Below are positions 28,801 through 42,155 of a DNA stretch of 64,000 nucleotides, piece after piece. A program made the position numbers and the translations under genes. Under the pieces are notes generated by a model that ran no database searches, was not told the DNA's origin, and saw only the letters and a program-made list of their open reading frames with translations. The stretch is from Clostridia bacterium (GTDB lineage Bacteria > Bacillota > Clostridia > TANB77 > CAG-508), in assembly GCA_017515985.1 (NCBI GenBank), contig JAFWDV010000019.1, forward strand, positions 4,629 through 68,628, in the 5' to 3' direction. How positions within the stretch are numbered: position 1 is the stretch's first letter; every line of letters begins with the position of its first letter.

Positions 28801-30318
28801 ATGCATAGTAAAATAATTAAACAATTGATTACTGAATTTAATGCATCCACGACAAAAAAGAAAATGCTTGATGGAGAGCGATATTCCAAAGGTCAGAACG
28901 ATATACTAAAAAAGAGCTTGAACAAATATAAAGTATATGACCCTAAAACCAACAATGTTATTACAAAGACTAATGAAAACAAATCAGATGAACATTTACC
29001 ACACTGTTTTTATCCTAAACAAGTCAATCAAAAGAAGGCATATGTATGTGGCAAACCTATAACAATAAGTTACAGCATACCAGTAGATAATGAAGATAAT
29101 GAAAATACTAAAGCTACTGAAAATACCGCAAAAAAAATTACAAATATGGTATGGAATACTCTAGGCCCTAATTTTGAAAAGCTAATAAAGAACAGATTAA
29201 AAGAAGCAAGTAACAAAGGTAGAGCTTGGTTACATCCAAATTATCGTGATGGAAAATTAGTCTTTGATAAAGTGGCATCTGAAGAATGCATACCCGTATA
29301 TGATACAGAGAATCAATCTTATTTAATAAATATGTTACATTTTTATACGATACAAGATTTAAATGGAGAAGAGCCGGTAGATAGAATATATGTTGAGGTG
29401 TGGGATGATAAAGAAGTTAAATATTACATAGAAACCAAAGTAAATAATGAAGTTGTTTTTCTGGAAGATACGACAAGAATTAGTGGATGTCATTGGTATA
29501 GAGAAATATATGATGAAGCCTTAGACAATTTAAAATCCACAGAAAAACATAGTTGGGGTAGAGTTCCATTTATAGAAATCGAAAACAATGAAGAAAAAAC
29601 AACGGACCTTGAACCAATTAAACCATTAATTGATGCTTATGATCTAATTAATAGTGGTTTTGTAAATACAATAGAGGACTTAAAAGAAATAGTATGGTTA
29701 ATTAATGGGTATGGTGCTGAAGATTTATTGCAGTTAATCGAAAACTTGAAAGTTAATGGCGTGGCTAGAACCAATGATACAAATGGTCATATTGATGCCA
29801 AACTTTTACAAATACCATATGAGGCAAGACAAGCATTACTTAAAGGGTTAAAAGAATTAATATATGAATTTGGACGTGCGGTCGATACAAGTAACAAAGA
29901 TTTAATTGGACAAGCCCCTAGTGGAGTATCGTTAGAATTTCTTTATACTGATTTGGACATGAAGGCTGACGATGCTATTGGAGGTTTAACTACAGCTTTA
30001 TACGAAACATTATGGTATGTATTACAAGACTTAAAAATGAGAAACAAGATACCTGAAAACATCAATGAATTTGATTTTAAAATAGAATTTAACAAATCAA
30101 GAATATTTAATGAAGTAGAAAAAGTAAATACCATTAACAATGATACTACATTAAGTTTAAGACGCAAACTCGAAATACATCCATATGTTGACGATGTAGA
30201 GACAGAGCTAAAGAGAATACAGGAAGAAAAGGCTGAAAATATGAAGCTACAAAGTAAAATATTCAATAATAGTGGAGATTTTGGCACACATAACCACGAT
30301 GATGATGACACCGAATAG
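28801..30318 (+). CDS. Portal protein (SPP1 gp6-like)
   Basis: Size, position after the large terminase, and an acidic C-terminus. Confidence 0.75.
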   Translation: MHSKIIKQLITEFNASTTKKKMLDGERYSKGQNDILKKSLNKYKVYDPKTNNVITKTNENKSDEHLPHCFYPKQVNQKKAYVCGKPITISYSIPVDNEDNENTKATENTAKKITNMVWNTLGPNFEKLIKNRLKEASNKGRAWLHPNYRDGKLVFDKVASEECIPVYDTENQSYLINMLHFYTIQDLNGEEPVDRIYVEVWDDKEVKYYIETKVNNEVVFLEDTTRISGCHWYREIYDEALDNLKSTEKHSWGRVPFIEIENNEEKTTDLEPIKPLIDAYDLINSGFVNTIEDLKEIVWLINGYGAEDLLQLIENLKVNGVARTNDTNGHIDAKLLQIPYEARQALLKGLKELIYEFGRAVDTSNKDLIGQAPSGVSLEFLYTDLDMKADDAIGGLTTALYETLWYVLQDLKMRNKIPENINEFDFKIEFNKSRIFNEVEKVNTINNDTTLSLRRKLEIHPYVDDVETELKRIQEEKAENMKLQSKIFNNSGDFGTHNHDDDDTE

Positions 30319-30333
30319 GAGGTGTTATTTTTT

Positions 30334-32172
30334 ATGGCTAGAAAACCAGTAGGTTATTGGGAAAAACGAAGCACCGAATTAATGTTATTACAAGAAAAAA
30401 ATACCGAAAATAGCATAAGGCAATTAATTCAAATATACAACAAAGCAACAAAGAATATTAATCAAGAGATTTCCAATATATTTAGGAATTATTCTAAAGG
30501 TACAGAATTAGATAGAGATACACTTTTAAAATTACTTAATACTAGAGAAACCGAAACACATTATAATAACTTATTAAAAGTAATTAATAACAATATAACA
30601 GATGATGGTATAAAAAAGAAATTACTGGCAAAATATAATGCTCCTGCATATGCATACAGAATAAGCAGATACCAAGCTTTACAGGATAATATTGATATAG
30701 AATTATCAAAAATGGCAAATTTTGAGCAAAATATAGACAAACAAAGATATGTTGATACAATCAAAGATGTATATTATCATAATATATATGATGTTCAAAA
30801 GAAACTAGGATACTCATTCAGCTTTTCTCATGTTGATACAAAGACAATAGGACTAATGTTAAAAGATAAATGGATAGATAATGCTAATTTTTCTGAAAGG
30901 ATATGGAATAATAAAGAAAGATTAAATAATTACTTAAAAATTAATTTTACAGCAGATACATTGACAGGAAAATCAATACAAAGAATTGCAAGTGAATTGT
31001 CCGAAGCATTAGATGTTGGATTATTTAATGCAACAAGACTAATTAGAACAGAAGTTAATCATTTTGCAAATGAAAGTGAAATGTTATCATACGAAGAATT
31101 AGGAATAGAAAAATACCAATTTATAGCGACATTAGATAAAAGAACTTGTGTACATTGTGGGAGAATGGATGGAAGAATATTCAATTTAAAGGACAAAAAA
31201 GCTGGAGTAAATTATCCGCCATTGCATCCAAATGATCGCTGTACAACTGTTGCAGTATTTGATGATGATATAAAAGACGATTTAAAAAGAAGGGCAAGAG
31301 ATGAAAACGGGAAACCTATATTGATATCACAAAACATAAATTATGAGAAATGGAAAGAAAAGTACATAGAAAATGAACCAGTGTTGCAAAATGAGTTAAA
31401 AGAGGATAAAATAAATAAAAAAATATTAAAAAGTTGGAAAAAATTCAAAAATATTGATGAAGCAAAAGAATATGTATATAACAATTACAAAGATTCAGAT
31501 ATTGATAAAATTAAAAACGTTGAGTCATTGAATGTAACATTTGAGACACTTGATAAGTTACAAAAACAATATCCTTTGAATCAAGAGATATTTGTTAGAA
31601 ATAAAACATTAACGAAAGCAGCAGCAAACGGAAATTACCAAGGTATAAATATAAATACTGCTCATTTCAACAAGGCAAATAGTAAAGCATTATATGAAGA
31701 TAACTATATTAATAATGTAAATCAAGAAATTAAAGAGCTAGAAAAATACTTAGGAGACAACAGATATAAACAGAGACCAATTGAAAACGGAATAAAACAA
31801 CTAGAAGAGCAGAAAAAATATAGATGTTATACAGTTTCAAGTTCATATGCTGATTTAGAATCGTTAAAAGCAACTATTACACATGAATATGGACATGTTG
31901 TTGCTGATCAGTATTTCGGACAGATTAATAAAGTAAAAGCAAATTCGAATTTTGAGTACTTTGAATCAAATGAATGTTATCAAAAATGCATGAATGTTTC
32001 AAAAGTATACTACCAAGCATTGAGAAATGCTGATATATATAATATATCATATTATGCTTCTACAAACGAGCAAGAATTTTTTGCAGAATGTTTTGCTAAA
32101 AAGCAAATGAATGAAAAATTACCAGATTACATAGATGAAATGATAGAGAGGGTATTAAAAATTGGAAAGTAA
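30334..32172 (+). CDS. MuF/SPP1-gp7-like minor head protein fused to an anthrax-lethal-factor-like zinc metalloprotease domain
   Basis: The MuF core carries CVHCGRMDG...PPLHPNDRC. The C-terminus carries HEYGH (31882-31896) and NEQEFFAECFA, matching the lethal-factor motifs HEFGHAV and NEAEFFAEAF. Confidence 0.75.
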   Translation: MARKPVGYWEKRSTELMLLQEKNTENSIRQLIQIYNKATKNINQEISNIFRNYSKGTELDRDTLLKLLNTRETETHYNNLLKVINNNITDDGIKKKLLAKYNAPAYAYRISRYQALQDNIDIELSKMANFEQNIDKQRYVDTIKDVYYHNIYDVQKKLGYSFSFSHVDTKTIGLMLKDKWIDNANFSERIWNNKERLNNYLKINFTADTLTGKSIQRIASELSEALDVGLFNATRLIRTEVNHFANESEMLSYEELGIEKYQFIATLDKRTCVHCGRMDGRIFNLKDKKAGVNYPPLHPNDRCTTVAVFDDDIKDDLKRRARDENGKPILISQNINYEKWKEKYIENEPVLQNELKEDKINKKILKSWKKFKNIDEAKEYVYNNYKDSDIDKIKNVESLNVTFETLDKLQKQYPLNQEIFVRNKTLTKAAANGNYQGININTAHFNKANSKALYEDNYINNVNQEIKELEKYLGDNRYKQRPIENGIKQLEEQKKYRCYTVSSSYADLESLKATITHEYGHVVADQYFGQINKVKANSNFEYFESNECYQKCMNVSKVYYQALRNADIYNISYYASTNEQEFFAECFAKKQMNEKLPDYIDEMIERVLKIGK

Positions 32173-32338
32173 ATGTCAAAAATGTTTTTATTATAATTTA
32201 TGTGTACAACATGATTATATTATTGTAGATGAACAAGAAATTACCAATAATTATTGTGGAATATATGAAAAGGGGATTCCATCAAAATATTGGAATGAAA
32301 AAGAACAATGTAAAGAATTTGTTGAAGACCCAAGGTAA
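32162..32338 (+). CDS. Candidate 58-aa Cys-rich ORF coupled to the MuF-toxin gene (possible immunity or inhibitor)
   Basis: The TTG start overlaps the upstream stop, with AGAGGG 8 nt upstream. The ORF is open to 32338 and is followed by a strong terminator. No ATG is in frame. Confidence 0.3.
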   Translation: MESKCQKCFYYNLCVQHDYIIVDEQEITNNYCGIYEKGIPSKYWNEKEQCKEFVEDPR

Positions 32339-32366
32339 TGATTACTACAATTTATTATTAGAAATC

Positions 32367-32392
32367 AAAGACGTAGAAATACGTCTTTTTTT
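32367..32392 (+). terminator. Rho-independent terminator inside the head module
   Basis: AAAGACGT-AGAAAT-ACGTCTTT followed by T7. Confidence 0.7.
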
Positions 32393-32518
32393 GATGCCGT
32401 TTTTTATTGTAGTTAGGCTTACAGAACAAACAAAATACTCATTATTCATGAGAATAACTTGAATAACTTTCGTACCGGTAGCACCGGAATATAAATGGCT
32501 AGAAAGGTGGTTTTAACT

Positions 32519-33112
32519 ATGGAATGGTTAAAAGAATTATTAAAAAATGCAGGAGTAGAAAAGGCTGATGAATTAGAAAGTAAAATTTCTAAAGAGCTTC
32601 CTAAATACTTTAAACCTGCAAAGGAATTTAATGACTTAAAAGAAGAGCTAAATGTTGTTAAAGGTGAAAAAAAGACACTAGAGGACGACAAAAAGAAAAT
32701 TGAAGATGAATATGACAACTTCAAAAAAGGTTCAATTAGTCAAGCTGATTATGAAGCTAAGAAAAAGGAAATTGAAGAAAATTCAAAATCCGAAATAGCT
32801 AAAGTAAGATTAGAAAGCAAGATTGATTTAGCAATAAACAATGCTAAAGCAAAGAATGTCAAATCAGTAAGAGCAAATCTAGATATGGATAAAATCAAAC
32901 TAGATGGCGATAAATTACTTGGATTTGATGACCAAATTGAAGCATTAAAGAAAAGTGATTCTTATTTATTTGAAATTGATAAAGTAGTAAATAAGGGCGT
33001 AGATGGTGCTTCAAATCAAAGAAAAAATGACGATGCAAATATCACAGACAATGATTTAGACAATTTATCTGATGAAGAATATTTTGCGTTGCAAGAAAAA
33101 AATAACAAATAG
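32519..33112 (+). CDS. Scaffolding protein
   Basis: Coiled-coil K/E-rich protein directly upstream of the capsid gene. AAGGTGG RBS before MEWLKELL. Confidence 0.65.
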   Translation: MEWLKELLKNAGVEKADELESKISKELPKYFKPAKEFNDLKEELNVVKGEKKTLEDDKKKIEDEYDNFKKGSISQADYEAKKKEIEENSKSEIAKVRLESKIDLAINNAKAKNVKSVRANLDMDKIKLDGDKLLGFDDQIEALKKSDSYLFEIDKVVNKGVDGASNQRKNDDANITDNDLDNLSDEEYFALQEKNNK

Positions 33113-33129
33113 GAAAGAAGGAATTAATT

Positions 33130-34248
33130 ATGCCAAATAATTTATTAAGTTGTAAAAGAATAGCAAGAGAAGCATTACCAATTTTAAAGAATAATTTAGT
33201 TGTTCCAGCTTTGTTTAGAACAGATTACTCAAAAGAATATGTTAAACAAGGTGACACAATTCAAGTAAAGAAACCAGCTGTATTTGAAGCTAAGGACTTC
33301 ACAGATGAGGTAACAATTCAAGAAATTAATCAAGATAAAGTTTTAGTTAAAATGGATAAAATTGCAGACGTTTCTGTAGAAATTACATCTAAAGAATTAG
33401 CTTTAGATCCAGTTTCATTCAGGGAAGATGTTCTTGAACCAGCTATGATTGCAATTGCTGAAAAGATTAACAAGGAAGGTCTTGAAATGTATAAATATGC
33501 GTACAAATCTATAGGTACTGCAGGAACAACACCTTCAACAATAGAAACATTTGCAAATGCAAGAAAAGAATTAAATAAAGCAAAAGCACCTCTTAAAGAT
33601 AGATTTGGTGTATGGGATCCAGATGCAGATGCTAAATTTAGTATTATAGATGCAATAATTAATGCAGAAAAATCTGGTTCAACAGAAGCTTTAAGAGAAG
33701 GTGCAATTGGTAGAGTTCAAGGTTTAGATAACTATATGGCTCAACAAGTTGCAGTACATACAGCAGGAACATTTACAGCTGTTTCTACTCCATTAGTTAA
33801 TGGAGCTGTAACAAAAGGTGCAACTCAAATCGCTATGGATGGTGGAGCTGGAACAGAAACATTAAAAGCTGGTGATTTAATGACAATTGGTGGAAAACCA
33901 TATGTTGTTACAGAAGATGCAACAGCTACTTCTGGAGGAATTACAGCTAAAGTTTATCCTGCAGTTGTAGAAAACATTGCTGATAATGCAGCAGTAACAT
34001 TCCCAGACAAAACTGCAGGTGGTCACGTTGCAAATTTAGTATTCAATAAAAATGCATTTGGATTTGTAACAAGACCATTAGAACCAGCAGCAGGTGGACA
34101 AGATTGTCACGTTGTTTCATGGAACGGATTAAATATAAGAGTAACATACGGATATGACATGAAAACAAAGAAGAATATGTTATCACTAGATACAATATAT
34201 GGATTTGCTCCATTATATCCATCATTAGCAACTGTTGTTATGGGATAA
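33130..34248 (+). CDS. Major capsid protein (P22-coat-like family)
   Basis: The N-terminus ...IAREALPILKNNLVVPALFRTDYSKEYVKQGDTIQVKKP matches the P22 coat family pattern. 372 aa. Confidence 0.75.
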   Translation: MPNNLLSCKRIAREALPILKNNLVVPALFRTDYSKEYVKQGDTIQVKKPAVFEAKDFTDEVTIQEINQDKVLVKMDKIADVSVEITSKELALDPVSFREDVLEPAMIAIAEKINKEGLEMYKYAYKSIGTAGTTPSTIETFANARKELNKAKAPLKDRFGVWDPDADAKFSIIDAIINAEKSGSTEALREGAIGRVQGLDNYMAQQVAVHTAGTFTAVSTPLVNGAVTKGATQIAMDGGAGTETLKAGDLMTIGGKPYVVTEDATATSGGITAKVYPAVVENIADNAAVTFPDKTAGGHVANLVFNKNAFGFVTRPLEPAAGGQDCHVVSWNGLNIRVTYGYDMKTKKNMLSLDTIYGFAPLYPSLATVVMG

Positions 34249-34297
34249 TCAAAGGCAGAGCAATCTGCCTTAACTTATATTTAGGAGGTGTACATGC

Positions 34298-34549
34298 ATG
34301 AAATGTCCAATATGCGGGAAAGAATTTTCAGATCCTATATTACCGTTACATGTAGCTAGGTGTTCAGACAATCAAAAAGATTCTTCAGATGAGAAATCTT
34401 TGGAAAAAATGAACAAAAAAGAATTGCTTGAAAAAGCAAAAGAGCTTGAAATTGTGATAGAGGATGAAAACAAAATAAATAAAGCTCAAATTATAGAGCT
34501 TATCAATCAAAAAGATTCTTCAGATGAATCTGAGAATCCACAAGAGTAG
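34298..34549 (+). CDS. Small zinc-ribbon / SAP-like phage protein
   Basis: CPIC...C motif and a KKELLEKAKELEI segment. Confidence 0.35.
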   Translation: MKCPICGKEFSDPILPLHVARCSDNQKDSSDEKSLEKMNKKELLEKAKELEIVIEDENKINKAQIIELINQKDSSDESENPQE

Positions 34550-34559
34550 GTGGTAAAAA

Positions 34560-34922
34560 ATGAGTACAGCTCTACTAGTAGAAAAAGTAAAAAAAGTATT
34601 AGAAATACAAAATAACGATTCAAATGCAAAAATACAAAGTTATTTAGATTCGTTTTGTAGTAAAATCAAATCAGTTTGTAACAGAGCAGATTTTCCAAAT
34701 GATCTTGACTATATGGCAGTTGAATATGCCAGAAGATGTTTTATTTACTATAAAAATAAAACTACTGATAATGAACAATTACAAGTTACAAGTGCGACAG
34801 ATAATGGACAAACTGTTCATTTCAGCACATCAGAAACAGTAACTAAAAGTGATGTTGATATAAACAATTATATAAGACAAAATGCAGACGAAATATCAAT
34901 GTATGCTTATATGAGGTGGTAA
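34560..34922 (+). CDS. Head-tail connector (gp6-like)
   Basis: Position and size. Weak family pattern. Confidence 0.5.
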   Translation: MSTALLVEKVKKVLEIQNNDSNAKIQSYLDSFCSKIKSVCNRADFPNDLDYMAVEYARRCFIYYKNKTTDNEQLQVTSATDNGQTVHFSTSETVTKSDVDINNYIRQNADEISMYAYMRW

Positions 34923-34923
34923 T

Positions 34924-35268
34924 ATGCAGGTACCAAATATATTTAAACAGACAATATCAGATATCTTTTATGATAAGAGCATGGAAATATGGACCGTAGG
35001 CGAGGAAACGGACAATGAAGGTTCAGTAATAAAAAATGGAAAATTAGAAAACATAGATGAGTTTCAAGGTAATTTTCAACTTAGTACACGAGAATACATT
35101 CAACAAGAATATGGTCAAGAAATAGAAGCAAATGCAATTGTTACATGTAATGATAATGTATCAGCATCAATTAATGATATTCTAACATATAATCAAAAAG
35201 ATTATGTTATTAAATCAGTGATAAAGTCAGATAGTCATCTTACTTTATTAGTTAAAGGGGATAATTAG
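34924..35268 (+). CDS. Head closure / head-tail adaptor protein
   Basis: Position and size. Confidence 0.45.
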   Translation: MQVPNIFKQTISDIFYDKSMEIWTVGEETDNEGSVIKNGKLENIDEFQGNFQLSTREYIQQEYGQEIEANAIVTCNDNVSASINDILTYNQKDYVIKSVIKSDSHLTLLVKGDN

Positions 35269-35706
35269 ATGTCTAAAATAGAAGGAATGGATGAGTTATT
35301 AATTGTTCTATCTAGTTTGGGTGTTGATATTAAAGAGCCTTGTAGAAATGCATTAGAACGTAGCGCAAAAAAAATACAAAAAAATGCCAAGATGATGGCA
35401 CCTGTTGATAAAGGACAATTAAGAAATAGTATTAAAACAGATTCAAAAATAAATCAAGATAGCATAGAGGCTGAAGTATATACAAATGTAGAACATGCAG
35501 CTTATGTTGAATTTGGTACAGGACAAAGAGGTAGAGAGAGCAACATTGATAGACCTGAAGGTATTAACTATAAAGCAGACTGGAAAGGTCAATCTGCTCA
35601 ACCATATATGACACCAGCATATTTATATGCAAAAAACAATGGTGATGTGGAACAAGAAATTACCAAATCACTACAAGAAGAAATCAGAAAGTATGGTGGT
35701 AAATGA
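35269..35706 (+). CDS. HK97 gp10-family tail-completion protein
   Basis: AKMMAPVDKGQLRNSI motif. Confidence 0.7.
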   Translation: MSKIEGMDELLIVLSSLGVDIKEPCRNALERSAKKIQKNAKMMAPVDKGQLRNSIKTDSKINQDSIEAEVYTNVEHAAYVEFGTGQRGRESNIDRPEGINYKADWKGQSAQPYMTPAYLYAKNNGDVEQEITKSLQEEIRKYGGK

Positions 35707-36065
35707 TGAATAATTTAAAGCCACAGATATATAACAAACTCAAAGAAATCTCAAATGTAGAGGTTTCTTTTTTTTATCCACAAAAGTGGACCAATTTAGA
35801 TACAAAACCTGCTATTTCTTACTATGAAATAAACAATTCTAAAGCTAGCAAAGCAGATGATGGTGAATATAGCAGTTATATAGCGATTCAAGTAGATGTA
35901 TGGACTAAGAGCTCTTCAAAATGTTCAGAGCTAACAATATTAGTAAACGAAAAAATGGAAGAGCTAGGGTTTGAAAGAACATTAGCAACCGATTTATTTG
36001 AACAAGAAACTAAAATCTTCCACAAAACAATGCGTTTTGAGAAAGAAGAAATATTAGAAGATTAA
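35703..36065 (+). CDS. Tail terminator-like protein
   Basis: Position before the major tail gene. Confidence 0.4.
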   Translation: MMNNLKPQIYNKLKEISNVEVSFFYPQKWTNLDTKPAISYYEINNSKASKADDGEYSSYIAIQVDVWTKSSSKCSELTILVNEKMEELGFERTLATDLFEQETKIFHKTMRFEKEEILED

Positions 36066-36082
36066 AAAAGGAGGAATTTATT

Positions 36083-36670
36083 ATGCCTAAGAAAGCATTA
36101 AGAGGTTTATCAGGAATTAAAGTATTTGAAATACTTACTAACACAGAAAGTGCATACGAAGTTGGAGAGGGTGTTTCAATACCATATGCGCAAAAATTAA
36201 CAAGAGATATTCAAACTTCTGGAGACAAGATATATGCTGATGACGATGTATATGATGATGAGGAAGTATTCGATGGAGAAGATTTTGAATTAACAGTACC
36301 AGAAGCAGATTTGGATTTAATGCCAGTACTCGAAGGTGGTAACTACGATTCAACAAGTAAAGAATATTCTTGGGGTCCAGATGACAAGGGAAAAGAATAT
36401 GCAATGACATTTAAAGCTAAAAGAAAAGATGGAAAATACAGAATGTTCAGATATTACAGACTTAGATTTAAAAAAGTAAAACAAGATTTACAAACTCAAG
36501 ATAATGGAACACAGGTATCTGTTTTAAATATTACAGGTACTTTTTACAAGAGAGCGTTGTTATCTGATGCAAAAGTTAGAGTTTACAAAGATACTACAAC
36601 TTCAAGTGATCTAACTTGGTTAGATACAATTCCTACAGTTCCAACTCCAAACAATCAAAATAATAGTTAA
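36083..36670 (+). CDS. Major tail protein
   Basis: Position, size, and a hairpin terminator/attenuator at 36681-36708. Confidence 0.6.
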   Translation: MPKKALRGLSGIKVFEILTNTESAYEVGEGVSIPYAQKLTRDIQTSGDKIYADDDVYDDEEVFDGEDFELTVPEADLDLMPVLEGGNYDSTSKEYSWGPDDKGKEYAMTFKAKRKDGKYRMFRYYRLRFKKVKQDLQTQDNGTQVSVLNITGTFYKRALLSDAKVRVYKDTTTSSDLTWLDTIPTVPTPNNQNNS

Positions 36671-36723
36671 AATATAAAATTCAGGACTGCTTTATGCGGT
36701 CCTGAATAATATAGGAGGAAATA

Positions 36724-37143
36724 ATGTCAAAAAGTAATGAAAGTAAAAGTTTAAATAACAATGTAATAATGCATGGTGTAGAGCTCAAAAAGATGCCTTG
36801 TGGCAAGTATTTTGAAGCACTACAAACTTTAAAAAATTTGCCAGAGGACTTCATTAAGGAGCTATCTGACAATGAGCAAGATTTTAAATTATCAAGTATG
36901 TTGACGATAGATAATATAGCAAATTTAATTACAAAATTAATGATTATTGCACCTAAATTTTTATTCAGTTTTCTATCAAAAATTTTAGATGTAGATGAAG
37001 ACATATTAGAAAATAAATTAACCCCACTTGAATTATTAGAAATTGTTAAAAAATTCATAGAAATAAACGAATTAGAAAGTTTTTTCGCCCAAATGAAGCC
37101 AATTACGAAGAAAATCATGAATCTAATTGGCTTCAAAGGATAA
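36724..37143 (+). CDS. Tail assembly chaperone (gpG-like)
   Basis: Immediately upstream of the tape measure region. An in-phase slippery T TTT TTC lies at 37080-37086. Confidence 0.6.
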   Translation: MSKSNESKSLNNNVIMHGVELKKMPCGKYFEALQTLKNLPEDFIKELSDNEQDFKLSSMLTIDNIANLITKLMIIAPKFLFSFLSKILDVDEDILENKLTPLELLEIVKKFIEINELESFFAQMKPITKKIMNLIGFKG

Positions 37144-37292
37144 TAGCGATTTGTTTAAAAATAAATATAAGCAAAAAGGAGCTTATGGAAGATTATTACC
37201 CAAATGAAATCCCTATAATAATGCAGGAATATGCGAAATTAAATAAGGAAGCAGAAAGCAACGAAGATGTTGTTGATGCTGAGGATTTTTAA
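37086..37292 (+). CDS. -1 frameshift extension of the tail assembly chaperone (gpGT-like)
   Basis: The -1 frame is open from the slippery heptamer to TAA at 37290-37292 (…ELMEDYYPNEIPIIMQEY…). Confidence 0.55.
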   Translation, partial: RPNEANYEENHESNWLQRIIAICLKINISKKELMEDYYPNEIPIIMQEYAKLNKEAESNEDVVDAEDF

Positions 37293-37368
37293 CTATTGTC
37301 GTTTTTTGTCGAATAAAAAAACTTGAAATAAATGTGTATTTAAGATACATTTAATTAGGGGTGTACTT

Positions 37369-37827
37369 ATGAAAAATAATATAAAACCAATTATAATATT
37401 TGTAGTTACATTAGTGATAGTACTTGCTTTATTAATACCATCTATGGTTAAACAAAAACAAGAATTAAAACAAATTGATGTAGAAAGACAATTAATTGAG
37501 GATGGAAAATACACATCAGCACATGATGTCATGTTGAATTTTATTGATGCTTTGCATGCAGAAGATATTAAGAAAGCAAAAGGGTATTTATCTAAAGATT
37601 GTAAAATCTATAATAAGGATCATAAACCATGTACTTTCGATAAATATTTAACGAATATAGATACAACTACATCTTATAAATATGAGGAAAGAGGAAATTC
37701 TGTAGGCGATGAGGAAACTTATGTTGTAAGATGGAACAATGAAACCGAAGTACAGACTATTATGCTAAGGAAAACTAGCAATTCTGAGCGAGTATACTAT
37801 GAAATAATAACTTTAATGATATCATAA
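37369..37827 (+). CDS. Membrane-anchored NTF2/DUF4878-like moron protein
   Basis: N-terminal TM/signal anchor. It has its own promoter-like TTGAAA-17-TACATT (37323-37351) and terminator (37855-37887). Confidence 0.5.
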   Translation: MKNNIKPIIIFVVTLVIVLALLIPSMVKQKQELKQIDVERQLIEDGKYTSAHDVMLNFIDALHAEDIKKAKGYLSKDCKIYNKDHKPCTFDKYLTNIDTTTSYKYEERGNSVGDEETYVVRWNNETEVQTIMLRKTSNSERVYYEIITLMIS

Positions 37828-37854
37828 GTAATAGTATCATTAAACATAAAAATA

Positions 37855-37887
37855 TAAAAAAACACTTGTTTATACAAGTGTTTTTTT
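37855..37887 (+). terminator. Rho-independent terminator of the moron
   Basis: AAAAAACACTTGT-TTATA-CAAGTGTTTTTTT. Confidence 0.75.
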
Positions 37888-37912
37888 GATTTTCAAGGAA
37901 AGGAGGAGATAA

Positions 37913-42153
<4,241 letters not shown>

Positions 42154-42155
42154 TA

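Noticed and set aside
32229-32462. 77-aa ORF between the MuF gene and the scaffold gene
   Set aside because: It spans a strong rho-independent terminator, lacks an RBS and has an implausible composition. The TTG-initiated 58-aa ORF in another frame is the better candidate.
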